A stretch of DNA of 64,000 nucleotides. It comes from Bispira polyomma (taxonomy: Eukaryota). The DNA lies in assembly GCA_965649765.1 (NCBI GenBank), contig OZ287748.1, forward strand, positions 101,370,001 through 101,434,000, read 5' to 3'. Positions 1-11,464 of this stretch are shown here, in pieces. The position numbers and the translations under genes are program-made. The notes under the pieces are model-generated. The model was not told the DNA's origin. It searched no databases and saw only the letters and a program-made list of their open reading frames with translations. Numbering within the stretch: position 1 is the stretch's first letter; every line of letters begins with the position of its first letter.

Positions 1-1882
1 CTATGATTATCCCTCAACATTTGCAACATGCGGTTTAAGTATACCCGAGAATATTTTATGCATTTCGACACATACAGAAGGGACCCCAGCAGTGATTGCA
101 ATTCTCTTGGTACAATTACTCTTACCCTCCCAGTGCTTACATATTGCTCTGATCTCGTCCAATTTCTCCGCTGGAATAGAAGTTGTAAAAGTCTCAGTGT
201 TTATCAAAATACCTAGGCAAATAACCTCAGTACTGGGGGGGAACAAGTTTTTTGAGACTGACCGTCGGGCCCAATTCTGTCAGCAGAGCCTGTAATCTGT
301 TATATATTTTCCCAATTTTACTGGGGAGAGCAGCGCAAAGATAATCGTCGATATAAGCGTGTATATGGAAGCCTTCATGTGCTATAATATATCTGACCGA
401 GTCAGAAATTCGCTGAAAGATTGTGGACCCATTCTGATATCCGAAGGGTAGGGATCTGTCCAAATAATAGGCCCCCCACTTTAAACCAAGCAAATCCACA
501 TCCCCCGGGTCTATAGGCATGTGCCTGAATGCGCAACTTATATCTACTTTAAAAATGTGACAACCTCTGCCCAGCTCTGCCACTTCCCTAGTTACATTAT
601 CCACCGAAGGATAGGACAACAAAAATTCTGTCCCCAGATACTTAGAAGTGGAAGCCCCTGCATTAACGGACCGACCAATAGGCCAGTTGAGGTCTACAAT
701 GACCCTTCTGTTGGCTGAGCTGGACTTATTGCGCATCATGATGGGTGAAAAGTGCATGTTATCTATAGGGGGGTTGGCAAACGGACCCAGTATGGCACCG
801 AACTTGCATTCCTCAGTAAAATAAGTGTCCACGTGTTGGGGATAGTCAATGGCAGATTTGTGGTTTTCTTCATGCGATTGATCAATGTTATCACGACTGA
901 CATCGAGGGGAAAGCCATACTTGATAAGTAACGGTAACTGCCAATCCCAGTAATTCTTAAGATACCGAACCCACTTTTCGGGTTTTAGCTGCGAAAGGAC
1001 CGGTATTTGCAAACCTTTGAAATTTTGTCTGCCATCCTCCCGCAGTAATATATGCATCTTTAAAATGTCAGAGCTGTAATTTACAGAGCCATGGTCCCAC
1101 ACCCTGCAGCCCAAGTCTGACAGTGGTGTGAAGCCATAGGCCACTTTATTTTAAGTTTTTGCTCTGTCCAACAGTTCCCTTTTATTTACCTTCTGCTTCA
1201 GCTCAAAAGCATACTTGTCAATTTCAACACTTTCTGTAATATTATCAGTGTCAGTGCTTCTACAATGAGCCGTTGTAGCTGTAAGAGCCTTAACGTTTCT
1301 CACAGAACCTGTTTCACAAGCCCTTTTTGCATAATTTCTTTGATTACACACAGTAGAACCCACAGTGGGATTCTCTGCGACATTAATGTCAATTTGGTCT
1401 ATATCTTGTAGCACTTCGAATCTATTGTACACAGGGACCCCAGTGAAGTCATTGCTTGCATTCACATGTGCCTTTGTGTCTTCACTAACAGCTTCCACAA
1501 GTTTGCCCTCAGTTTCCCCCTGTACAGTGTATTTCCCCCCAGCACTAGTTTTGCCTTTGTGCTGGGTGGTACTGTGTGAGGTGAACTAATGGGGGACAAT
1601 GGGTTTGCGACAATTACTTTTAACACCGGCCTTGAAATGTTTACCCCGCCTGGCATGCTGTGTACCATTGAGATTATCCCTAGGGGGGCACTTTGTACTT
1701 AAGAGACTTTTGTTTGCTATGTCAGGACCCCGTGTTCGATTCAATACCTCGCTGTAACTACATTTATTCGCCCTACTACTTTTATTTACATGCGAATTGA
1801 TACTAGCAGGTCTGCTGAACAAATGGAAGTCCTGAAAATCAGTCTTGTAACACTGCCCATTATGGACAAAATTCTCAACCAC
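1..1882 (-). pseudogene. Ngaro pol (N-terminal extension + RT + start of RNase H), frameshifted
   Basis: ORF pieces 1586-1882, 1151-1498, 227-1144 and 7-246 align in order to ORF2 of copy 2 (YWDWQLPLLIKYGFPLD, RRVIVDL, YPSVD, YIDD). Confidence 0.88.
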
Positions 1883-1912
1883 TGCATTTCTGCAGTGGCC
1901 CCTTAGTTTTTT
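1877..1912 (-). promoter_or_regulatory. Putative -1 programmed ribosomal frameshift signal (A_AAA_AAC + hairpin)
   Basis: gcA AAA AAC TAA, then ccactgca-GAAA-tgcagtgg. The -1 frame reads open into ORF 1586-1882. Confidence 0.7.
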
Positions 1913-2955
1913 GCTGATTTTCTATTACAGTTGGTGGTTTTGTGAGCTCCACTACAGGTTTCACACACATGCTTAAAAGAAGTGTTGCCTGTTTTATGAC
2001 TACTGGGGTACTTACAAGACCCATCTTGAAAAAATTTGCAATTAGCTGTGCCCGACTTAGTAAAGGTTTGATTTTTCCCGACGCCCTTTGCAAGTGAACC
2101 CTGAGAGCTACCACTGCCAGAGCCATGCCTCTGCACATGTACCCGCCTAAGCCGGTCAATTTTGTCGACGTCGCTCCATTTAAGTTTGTCCATTTCCATG
2201 GTTGTAAGTACAACCACATGGCAGGCTTTGGCGGCCTCCCAGGAAAAATCCTGGGAGTCCTCCATCAGTCCAGCCATGTAGTCAAGCATGATCTCTTTGG
2301 TTTCGGGGGATTTCTCATCTTGTATTATATGTGTGAATCCGCAGACCCACTGGTTCCAAGTTAAGGCATCATAACACGGTCTAGCTTTAAAATTTCCGGA
2401 GAGGACATGATTTTGAGGCCATTCAACCACGCGCTTCACTATTACATCAACACCCCCCCCCCCCCTTTGAGACTTGATCTTACCTTTAACCGGGTTCTCG
2501 TTGAGGTGTGCGAGCTCGGCTAGCCTTAACTCGACTTGGTTCTGAATGCTACTGCTCTGTTTTAAAAACTGTACACTCGGGACAACAGTGTTCTCAATAC
2601 TTGTTATTTCCTCACTCGAGCTGGCAGAATTGTTACTGGAAGCAGTAGCCGCAGCCACGTGTGTTTTAGCAACGTTTGATACTGGAGTGGTTTCCGTTAT
2701 TTCCTCACTCGAGCTGGCAGAATTGTTACTGGAAGCAGTAGCCGCAGCCACGTGTGTTTTAGCCACGTTTGATGCTAGAGTTGTTTCCGTAACTGACACT
2801 CGCTGGTCAAGTTTTTCCATCAACTGGCCCATAGCCTGAAGTTGTGCTAATATTTGTCCCGAAACCACGGCCACACTATCAACGCCAACCGGACTAGGCT
2901 CAACAGTTTCCTCATCGGATACAGTCTCTTCCTTGATTGAATCTTTGGACAACAC
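1903..2955 (-). CDS. Ngaro gag-like ORF1 (copy 1)
   Basis: GKIKSQRGG..WPQNHVL..YDALTWNQWVCGF..LMEDSQDFSWEAAKACH and a C-terminal Cys/His finger; homologous to 35611-36681. Carries a 93-bp internal tandem duplication. The N-terminal Cys motif is partly deleted. Confidence 0.85.
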   Translation of the reverse strand: MLSKDSIKEETVSDEETVEPSPVGVDSVAVVSGQILAQLQAMGQLMEKLDQRVSVTETTLASNVAKTHVAAATASSNNSASSSEEITETTPVSNVAKTHVAAATASSNNSASSSEEITSIENTVVPSVQFLKQSSSIQNQVELRLAELAHLNENPVKGKIKSQRGGGGVDVIVKRVVEWPQNHVLSGNFKARPCYDALTWNQWVCGFTHIIQDEKSPETKEIMLDYMAGLMEDSQDFSWEAAKACHVVVLTTMEMDKLKWSDVDKIDRLRRVHVQRHGSGSGSSQGSLAKGVGKNQTFTKSGTANCKFFQDGSCKYPSSHKTGNTSFKHVCETCSGAHKTTNCNRKSAKN

Positions 2956-3232
2956 AACCTGGCATTTACTGCCTGACTTTAGGCATGGTAATGTGTAATG
3001 TTACAGTAATACACTGCACAATACATATAGGAAAGACTACAAACAGTACACTAAAACATAGAGACAAAATGTAAACATCCGCGTCCTTGTGTGTTTTGTA
3101 ATGTTACAGTAATATAAATCAATGTTAATACTAGATCAATGCTAATACTATATGAACGACACAATCAATATTAAAGCCAGTGTACTCAAATTTTGTAAAG
3201 GAATGTAAACAAGAATCCTTTATGATTTCCTC

Positions 3233-3265
3233 GCAGGCGAGCATTCTACCACTGAACCACGATGC
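3233..3265 (-). other. 5' half of tRNA-Gly(GCC) embedded in the Ngaro leader (not a complete tRNA gene)
   Basis: Minus strand GCATCGTGGTTCAGTGGTAGAATGCTCGCCTGC matches the metazoan tRNA-Gly(GCC) 5' half as recalled, with one G missing. It stops in the anticodon loop. Confidence 0.8.
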
Positions 3266-4249
3266 ATCCTTTGTGATTTTGCCACCCTTTTATGGTGACC
3301 TCGCAGGCGAGAGCACTCTGTGATGAAGTTGTTCCTTCTGCTGCCGAGTTTGAAAAGGATCAATAATTGGACAGCCGAGGCTTATATAGTACTACGCAAT
3401 GCCCCGTGAACGGGAATTAGACTGGTCCCCTACAACTGATCACTCAACCACTGGGGTGGTGCCTTGCACTAAAACTTCATTAAATTATGTTTAGGATCAA
3501 AATTGATAACGCCAAACAGTACTTGCAGAACTGTAAAGTCTAATTTGCATGGAATACAATTTAACAGCCACAAACAGACTTGGTTCCAAAAGGATTTTGT
3601 ATCTCAAAAGTAATAGAAAAAGTGTTCTCAATTTTCAATTTGCATACAAATATTTCACTCAGGAGATTCTTTGATCTTCCATACAAATAATTTATGTTTA
3701 CATGTAAAAGTCTGTACAAAATTTTGTATTGAAGTTTGATTAAATATGTGTCTAAAACAAGCCTAAAAGGCAAGAGATAAATGTGTTTCAGTCCATAACC
3801 TCTGAAAAGGGATAATGTTCTGTCCACTTGTTTTGACTTGTTGGAACTGAATAATTTGTGACAATAAAAGATGTGCAAATTTGTGAAATTTTAATCTTAG
3901 TAATATCATTTAAACATTGATTGTATTTGTTTACAACATTTTAAAAGCATCTTAATCTTGCCAGATAGAGCACTAGTTATCTAATTATACTTCATATCAG
4001 AAATTACAACACTGTGTCTTCTAGTTCAGATTTTAAAATGAATGTTTTACAATCGTTTTTTTTTTAAATATCAGAGACTTTAATTATACCCTAACTTTTC
4101 ATTTGTTATACTTTTCACTTGTTGTTTTTCTGTCAATAAGGCATAAAGGATTTTTAGAAACATTTTTCGCCAAGAAAATCATGGCCACTTCTGACCTTAG
4201 TAACCAGAACGTCAAACTAAACAGCTTACTGGTTCAACATAAAGGAGGC

Positions 4250-4500
4250 CATATAAAGGGGGCCTGACTCAACAGAGTTATACTTAGGAGGGTTTACACA
4301 TAAAAGGTCCCTGACTCAACAAAGTTTTACTTAGGGGGGTCTCCACATAAAGGGGCCTGATTCAACAGTTTTATTTATGGGGGTTCCCACATATTTATAA
4401 TTGAGATTTGTCTCAACAGAGTTCTACTTAAGAGGGTTCCCACGCCTTTATAAAGAGAACTTGAGTTCTACTTATGGGGGTTTCCACATATTATAAAGGT
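4250..4500. repeat. Degenerate tandem repeat, ~45-50-bp unit
   Basis: ataaaggggcctgactcaacagagttatacttaggggg..ccacat recurs about 5 times. Confidence 0.7.
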
Positions 4501-4771
4501 GGAGTGAACTTGTCACATTTCTACTTTGGGGTGGTTACTAGTATTGCATTTTGTTTTTTTAATTTCTTGTTTGGGGCCCAGTATTTCCCTTTTGGGGTGT
4601 ATGTTGGGCAAATTTCTACTTGGGGGATTTATACGTTTAAAAGTAAATAATTTATTTCTTATTTATGTGTGTGTCGGGAGGGGGGGGGGGGTCATTTGTG
4701 TGTATGTGTGTTAACTTACTTGTGGGACATTATGCTTCTTGTCATAAGGCTTTTTATGGGTTTATTTAATA

Positions 4772-6238
4772 TCAGCTCAAACATTGTTGATGGATGCTTT
4801 GGGTGGCCCTGAAAAGGTTTGTTCTGGGCTCAGGCTCAGGTATAGACTCAAGACTGATGAAGGAGGAGGAGCAAAAGAGGCTGGCGTCTACACTTTGGTG
4901 GTTGTAGTGCTGCTGTTGCTGTGGCGTACTTGGGACGACCTTAGTTGGAGTGTTCAGGGTCAAATCCATTTGCTGTGCATCTGGAATAAGAGGTGTGAAC
5001 GGCTCAGGAGTGTCTATGTTCTGGTAGTTGAGACAGTCAGTCACTGACACAAAACCTCTGAGGAGAGATGAGGCCATAGTATGTCTGATACTCCTTACAC
5101 TGATGCTGGGTTTGTGTACTAGTGGCTGGTGCTAGCTACGGCGCTTCCAGATATTATAATAGATGGTGCGGTGTGTGGCACCTGGACTGTTTGGGCTAAA
5201 TAGTTTGTGGCACCCTTAGCTGGGGTTTCTGGGACATGTACTGCGATTGTTACTGTTGTTGAGGTACAAAGGTAGTTAGAGGGATCTGGTATTGCATCTG
5301 GGTTTGTGCTTGGTACAGTGGATGCAGCTAGAACTGTGGCACTGCTAGTGGTGTGGTCATCCGGTCCTGGATAGTGCTCACAAGGTTGAATGCCACCCTT
5401 CTAAAATGCCCTCCTGGGTCTCTCAGACTTGGGCTTTATGGCGTCCTTGAAGAAGCCTGACATGGTGTCCTGCATCATGGCCAGTGTGTTTCTCAACTAA
5501 GTAGACATTGCCGCCTCAGGGTTTGGGGTTGATCTGGCACAGACTGAAGACTGCTTAGAAGTATTCCCAGGGGATGCTATCAGCTTGGAAGACTCCACCT
5601 CTGTTTCTGTGCCCTGTTCTGTGTCTGACTGGGACCCCATCCCGATAGTTAGTGATTCTCCTGGAGCCACGGACAAAGAGGCAGATGCGACGGGTCTGAT
5701 ACCAGATGTTCTCGAGACATGTCGTATGATGTTAGGTTTCAAGAAGTCAAAGGCGTTCTTGACCCAGTGCTGCCTCTCTGTGTTGCCTGGCCAGACTTCC
5801 TGATCCTCAGTATTTAAAACTACTTCTTTTCTTCTTCTATGTCCAATCCCTTGCTCGAGCAGAACTCCAGTCACAACATGTGTTTAGTCTGGGTGTCTTT
5901 GTATCTTGGATCTCTGTTGTTGTATAGCCATGCATGGTCCCGCAAAAAGTCTACCAGTGCCTCCTCTGTGTCACTGAACATGACCGCTTCTTCCCCTTCT
6001 TCTGTTCCCTCAATATGGAAGCCACCTCTCCATCCCCAGCTGTGTCAGCCTCATTCTCCAAATAAGGCTCCTGGGTTCCCTCCTGCTAAATCACCGTGTT
6101 CTATAAATGCTATGAAAGCTGTGTCTCAGGGATGACAAGGGACATTCCCACATCAAATTGTTGGTTCTCCTAACTCTGTGCCTCTGCATGCTCCTCCATC
6201 CTCCTCTTCCTGGTCTTTCTCTTTGGTTTTGGTTCCAT
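4772..6238 (-). pseudogene. Decayed MADF/Myb-SANT ORF of a PIF/Harbinger-type transposon
   Basis: Minus frames give EEALVDFLRDHAWLYNNRDPRYKDTQTKH..KSGQA..TERQHWVKNAFDFLKPNIIRH followed by a low-complexity S/T/P/Q tail. Many stops; no TIRs defined. Confidence 0.6.
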
Positions 6239-7088
6239 AATGCTTACAATTTTTAAACTGTAACAATTTATTCTCAAAATAATAACAAAGTCCTATTCTC
6301 AATAATAATCTTGGCCTGTAGAATTGTTGACAATAAGATTTTGCGCCCACATTATCTTTTGACACCCTGATCTATTGTTTCATCCCCCTACCTTTCTTTT
6401 TTGCCACCGAGTTATCTTTTCAATCGGCTGGCGCCAACGACTTATCGTTTGTTTGGCCCGATCTATCTTTTCATGCGGGGCTTTCCTAAGGACTTATCCT
6501 ATGTTTCCTCCGAGTTATCTTTTCGATCGGGGGCAAACAATAGATCTATGTTTAACAAATGACATGATAACTCAGGGGTGAAAGGATAATTTGTAATGGC
6601 CCCTGACCTATCTTTGTGATGGAAAAATAAATTGGAACAATTTAGGGGTAGATTTTAACCTACATCTTTAGAAGGTAACGATAAGTCGTTGGTGGGTTAT
6701 GATTGGCCTCGATTAATCGGCCGTACCACCCATATTCGATCTTGCTCTCAGTTACTGACAGTAACTGACCAACTTCTTAGAATGTGGAAAAATAAACTTC
6801 GTTGGACATATGTTTAAATAATTGCTGACAATAATTAACCAAAATGATCTTGAAAATTATTAGTTTTACCACTTTAAATAAAAATAGAATTTTCTAAAAA
6901 TTGGTAAAAAAGAGCGAAAAAAAAATAGTCAGAAATCATGTTTTAGCAATTTTGTACATTTTGATAAAACTTAACAAATCTCTTATACAATTGCATGTCA
7001 ATGGGGGAATCACTAACAATCCAGTGTAATAAATACTATGACATAATTGACTCAGTTTCAATGGTCGCTTTACACAATATCTCCATGA

Positions 7089-7470
7089 CTACTTAAGTCC
7101 CATAAAACACATCCATATAATGGCATACAAACGATTTAAATAGCTGATACTTTGTGTCAAATTCAACATCTTTGAAGATAGAACTAATAATTTAGTAACT
7201 TTAGTCTTTTCAACATTAAAAGTTGCTTGGTATTTCTTGCTGAATTTATCAGCTATGTGATTCATCTTATTAATACCATGACATGTTGGACTTAACAATA
7301 TTTTGTCATCATCATAAGCAAAATAACCCATAAACTTACCACCAATGTGACAACCATAACCTGATTCCTTTACATTAACAAGTAACTCATCAATATACAT
7401 GCTAAACAACACAGGTGACAAAACCCCCCTTGCTTGACCCCTATTACTTACAGGAAAGTTATTGAAAATG
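7089..7470 (-). mobile_element. Non-LTR retrotransposon RT fragment (RTE-X/Proto2-like)
   Basis: VKQGGVLSPVLFSMYIDELL..GYGCHIGGKFMGYFAYDDDKILLSPT (decayed YADD region). Confidence 0.8.
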
Positions 7471-8323
7471 TATTGAAAGGTTCAAGGGTTTAATGCTGCC
7501 TTTGCCTTTTAACAGGGTCCCTCTTTAATGTGAAAAAAAAGTAAAACAAAAAAGTGCTTGTTTTTGATTTTTAAAGATATATTTAAAAAAATAAAGCAGT
7601 TAAATACAAACAATGATTGTCTTTGATTGATGGTTGTCCACACATCTGTCATTGTGTTGTACTGGTCTTGTATCAGTTTCGTGAATTAATAATGAAGCTA
7701 AATGGCTTTTTGATATAGTCTAATATTCGATATATATAATGCTGAATAATTAATTAACCGTGCCAATTCCAACTACTCATATCAAGAAGAAGCTCTCTGG
7801 TAACTAGATTAGATTTTAATGTGATGGTTTTATTTGTTTTATGTTGCAATTACCTTTTTCACATACGAGTTCATGTCACTGTTTTTCGTGAAATGGTGGT
7901 CGATGTATGCTTCCATGCAGCTGATAAAATAGGTCTCTGTATGTTACATTTCATGGGAATCATGTTTTAAAATATGCCACAAAAACACCCCCTATATCGT
8001 CCAGATTTTGCCTATTGTTTAACTCTCCTGACCGAACATAACTGCAGCTTAAACGGGAAAAAACGAAGTGAAAAAAAAAAACATGGGAAAATCGGGAAAC
8101 GTAGCTTGAAATCAATGTATGGGCCATTTTGTACACGTTCAGTACGAATCTGTACACGTTTGTACACACATTTAACACGTTTTAGTGGCCGTTTCAATTA
8201 TGTGTGACTCGTTTTCAATTATGTGTTCCACGTTTTGGAAATACATTAGCCACGTTTTAGAAATCTTGGAATAAATTCAAATACAATGCGGTAATACAAA
8301 TAATGTCCATTTTTACTTTTGCT

Positions 8324-8432
8324 GTCAATCCTGTTGCGTCCTCAGCCTGTGTAAATGGAGGTGTGTACACTGGGACGCCATTTGCCTTCTTCCAATGTCC
8401 TCAAACTCTGTTTGGTCTCACCTGCGATAAAT
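8324..8432 (+). pseudogene. Decayed EGF-like domain exon
   Basis: VNPVASSACVNGGVYTGTPFAFFQCPQTLFGLTCDK followed by a phase-1 GT donor. EGF spacing is retained but several Cys and the acceptor AG are lost. Confidence 0.6.
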
Positions 8433-8493
8433 GTATGTTGACAAACTAACATTAACATTATGTTGACAGGACAACATTAACCGTCAATTTGAA

Positions 8494-8700
8494 GGGGCCG
8501 TTGCTGCCTGGTGGTTGGTAGTGCCTGCTTCACGATCACTGGCCCATCACCAAGGTGGTTTCGAATCCTGTTCGTTCCTTATGCTGCATATGCAGTGTGC
8601 CAGGTACGTGTCTGTGGTTTACAGTATTTTACAAATGGTTTCTTCTACCTTTAAATTTGGTCACTTTTGTATCTGTATGAATAGTTAACCCAACACTGAA
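8494..8700 (+). mobile_element. Old tRNA-derived SINE (family 2)
   Basis: ggggcc head, A-box-like tggtggttgg, B-box ttcgaatcc. Related fragments lie near 10910-11068, 52540-52610, 54170-54310 (-) and 59640-59750. Confidence 0.6.
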
Positions 8701-8816
8701 AAGCTCTATATATGCACATTCTAAACTCTCCATACTTTCTGATAATAAGAGTTTGGATAATAGATATTCTACTGTATATTAAACCTAACACTTTAATTGT
8801 TTTTGTCTATTTTGAG

Positions 8817-9097
8817 GTTTGCTCTATGTCAATCACCTCACTATACGTTACAAGTACTCGTTCAGCGAGGTTAAGCTCGAGTGTGAGAGCCGTGGTATGA
8901 CCATGGCCACTTTGGCTCAGCTCACAGAGGCTTTTAACTTGAGGTATGAAAATTGTGCCTGCGGGAGGCTGGCAGATGGTAGGGCAAGATACCCCATGCA
9001 TAGTAGTGCTTTGGGCTGTGGTGCAGCACTAGCTATAAACCACTGTAAACCTTATTTCACGGCAGATATCTACTGTTATAGACATAAAAGACCATAA
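8817..9097 (+). pseudogene. Link (Xlink, hyaluronan-binding-type) module exon, probably pseudogenic
   Basis: RYKYSFSEVKLECESRGMTMATLAQLTEAFNLRYENCACGRLADGRARYPMH..GCG..ADIYCY follows the Link consensus; the conserved W of GWxxDG is R. Confidence 0.75.
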
Positions 9098-9835
9098 TCT
9101 CAAGCACTAAATTCATTTGTTTAAGTGATTGTATTAAATGTACTTGCATTGACTTAATTCAATAACTTTTATGATGCCTTCCACCCTCGCCATAGAGATG
9201 TTAAAAGTGAGATATTTCACTTTTTGGGGTATAAAATAAACGTCTATTGTGACATGAAGTTATTAAAGATAAAAAGGGTTTTCTCAGAAACGGGCCTCCA
9301 AGGCCTCAGGCCTATAATGCAATTGGTTTAACAATTGCAAATATATATCTTCCTCATGGGCTTTTGTACCAAAAATTCCACGATAGTAATACATAATATA
9401 TAATACATAATATATTTATCAACATATTGTTAACAAACACCTGTCTAAATCACAGAAGAGATTTTTCTGCACCTTTATAAACTTCTCGGTTCCACATCTC
9501 TTATTATTTCATAAATTCGTTAAATCAGGTGTAATGGTAAGTTTATTGTCTTATTTTGCACACATTGCATTATGCATTTTTAATGCATCTTCTTGATGCG
9601 AAGCATCTTCTAAAGTGCAATAACAGAATCAATTAATCAATCGAGAAGTCCAAAACCATAGCCATTGTTCTAATGAAGGATGTGGGGGTATATAGGTATA
9701 GGGGGTGGTGTGGCTGAGGGAGTGAGTTTAAAGTGGTTTTAAGTTTCTGGTGATCTAAACTCAATTGGGAGAATATTCAATAACGGAGGGGCAGTGATTG
9801 AGAAAGTTCTAGATCTAGCCCTCTTTGTGGGTTTA

Positions 9836-10085
9836 GGGGCCGCGTTCGCCTGGTGGTTAGCAAGCATTGCACTTCACAGTCACTGGTCTCTCACCTCTGA
9901 GCGGTGTGAGTTTGAATCCTGTCGATGTCTATGTGGGAAAGGTGGTAGTTCCTTACTGTGGGCCGCTGGTTTCAGTGCAGAACCTTGATCAACTGTATGC
10001 AGTGTTTCCTCCAGTGTTTCCAACTACCCGTCCCAATATAACCTAAACAGGTACTAGAGTGGACGTTAAATATCCCAATTCAAAT
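9836..10085 (+). mobile_element. tRNA-derived SINE (family 1), full length
   Basis: ggggccgcg head, A/B boxes, (caaatt)n tail; 14-bp TSD tctttgtgggttta at 9822-9835 and 10086-10099. Confidence 0.92.
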
Positions 10086-11272
10086 TCTTTGTGGGTTTAA
10101 CAGAGGTAACATAAAGTATTTTCCCCTCTTTAGGTTACTGAAAAAAAATGAGTAACATGTTCTGAAGGCTGTTGAGAGATAACAGTTTTGAAATTAGTGA
10201 CATGGATTTTAAACAAAAAATCTATAAGGAATAGGAATTTAATTTAATATTTTGAGGTATGGAAAGACGTCAATGTGGATCTCCAGATGAAAAATGACCC
10301 TACATAGATAGTTTTGCTGTAATTTCTTTATGTGGGACTTTTTTTTATCCCTCACTGACTTTATATGTACAGCTTTCCTACTGAAAACGATGAAAATGTA
10401 GCGGATTCGTCATGGTCAGTATTTTTAAAGCTATTTTATCACTCTATCAGTTTAAAGAAGGAAACAAGATTCCTCATAAACTTGTTACATAATATAAAAA
10501 AAACACACTTTTTATGATAAAAGTTTAATTATATTCTTATAATATATGGCAGCCATGGGCAATAATACAATAATATTGTTATATACATTGTGCATGTTTA
10601 AATGTGCACCACTTTTTAAAATTTTAAAATAGAGTACATGAATTAACTTCCCTTTTCAAGAAAATACATAAGTTTGTTTCTTAAAATATACAATATTTTC
10701 CAGTTATCTGAGAAACCAGGGTGCAGGGTAAATATCAGAAATGGATTAGAATTATTAAAAAAATACCTATTTGGGACAAATGTCAATAAATTGTTTTATA
10801 TGTGGTTTGTTTATTGCATCAAATCTGTTTTTTATAACGATCATCCTTCCTTATTCATTGTATTATTTAGTTGACACATAGATTAAAACTTCATATAAAG
10901 CTTAATACCAGTTCCTTGGTGATGGTCGCTGGTTTACAGTGTAGAATCTTGACCAACTAGTATCAACTGATCTAGTATAAACAGGTTTCCTTCAGCACTG
11001 AAACTGCCCGTCATGATATGACCTATACAATGTGTTGAAAGTGACTTTCAACCCAAATCAAATCAAAATACCAAAAACAACTATAAAAATTACCTGGTGG
11101 ATATTTTAACTTAACCTAGAAAGATGCTGAAATTACTATAGTGAATGCCTTTAGTGTGTGATAAACAAACACTCAAATTTCCCTAAATATAACAACTTAT
11201 GACAAATAAACTGGTAGATTTGTTTAACAGACACTGGAATCTCTTTGAATTTCTACAAGCCTATAGCTTATG

Positions 11273-11464
11273 CTACAAATGTGTTGATTGGACCCTGGTA
11301 GTGACGTCACCATTGGGGTGCCTGGATCCCTCACTTTCTGGAACAAAGGCTGTATTTGTGAACTGGTGCACATTTTCATTGATTTCCTTTTTATCCTCGA
11401 TGCCAGTAAACCAGTCTTCTATCTTGACATCAGCCACTTCTGTCTTTTTCATATTTTCTTTGGT
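11273..11464 (-). CDS. SLC5-like exon 15 (terminal coding exon)
   Basis: acag|TKENMKK..FTNTAFVPE..RVQSTHL*; ends in a class I PDZ-type motif like vertebrate relatives. Confidence 0.8.
   Translation of the reverse strand, partial: TKENMKKTEVADVKIEDWFTGIEDKKEINENVHQFTNTAFVPESEGSRHPNGDVTTRVQSTHL

Larger units (their letters stand above)
1..3469 (-). mobile_element. DIRS/Ngaro-type tyrosine-recombinase retrotransposon, copy 1 (5' part; runs off the window start)
   Basis: Gag, RT (KVDISCAFRH, LPFG, YIDD) and RNase H start are collinear with the complete copy at 35383-41931. The 5' end has an A-like repeat (gtgcaagg...cagttgtaggggacc...ctatataag on the minus strand). Confidence 0.9.

Noticed and set aside
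3233-3265. Functional tRNA-Gly gene
   Set aside because: Only the 5' half is present; no T-arm, B-box or 3' acceptor strand.
9794-9988. Short ORFs here and at 19663-19845 and 55572-55784
   Set aside because: Spurious translations of SINE copies.
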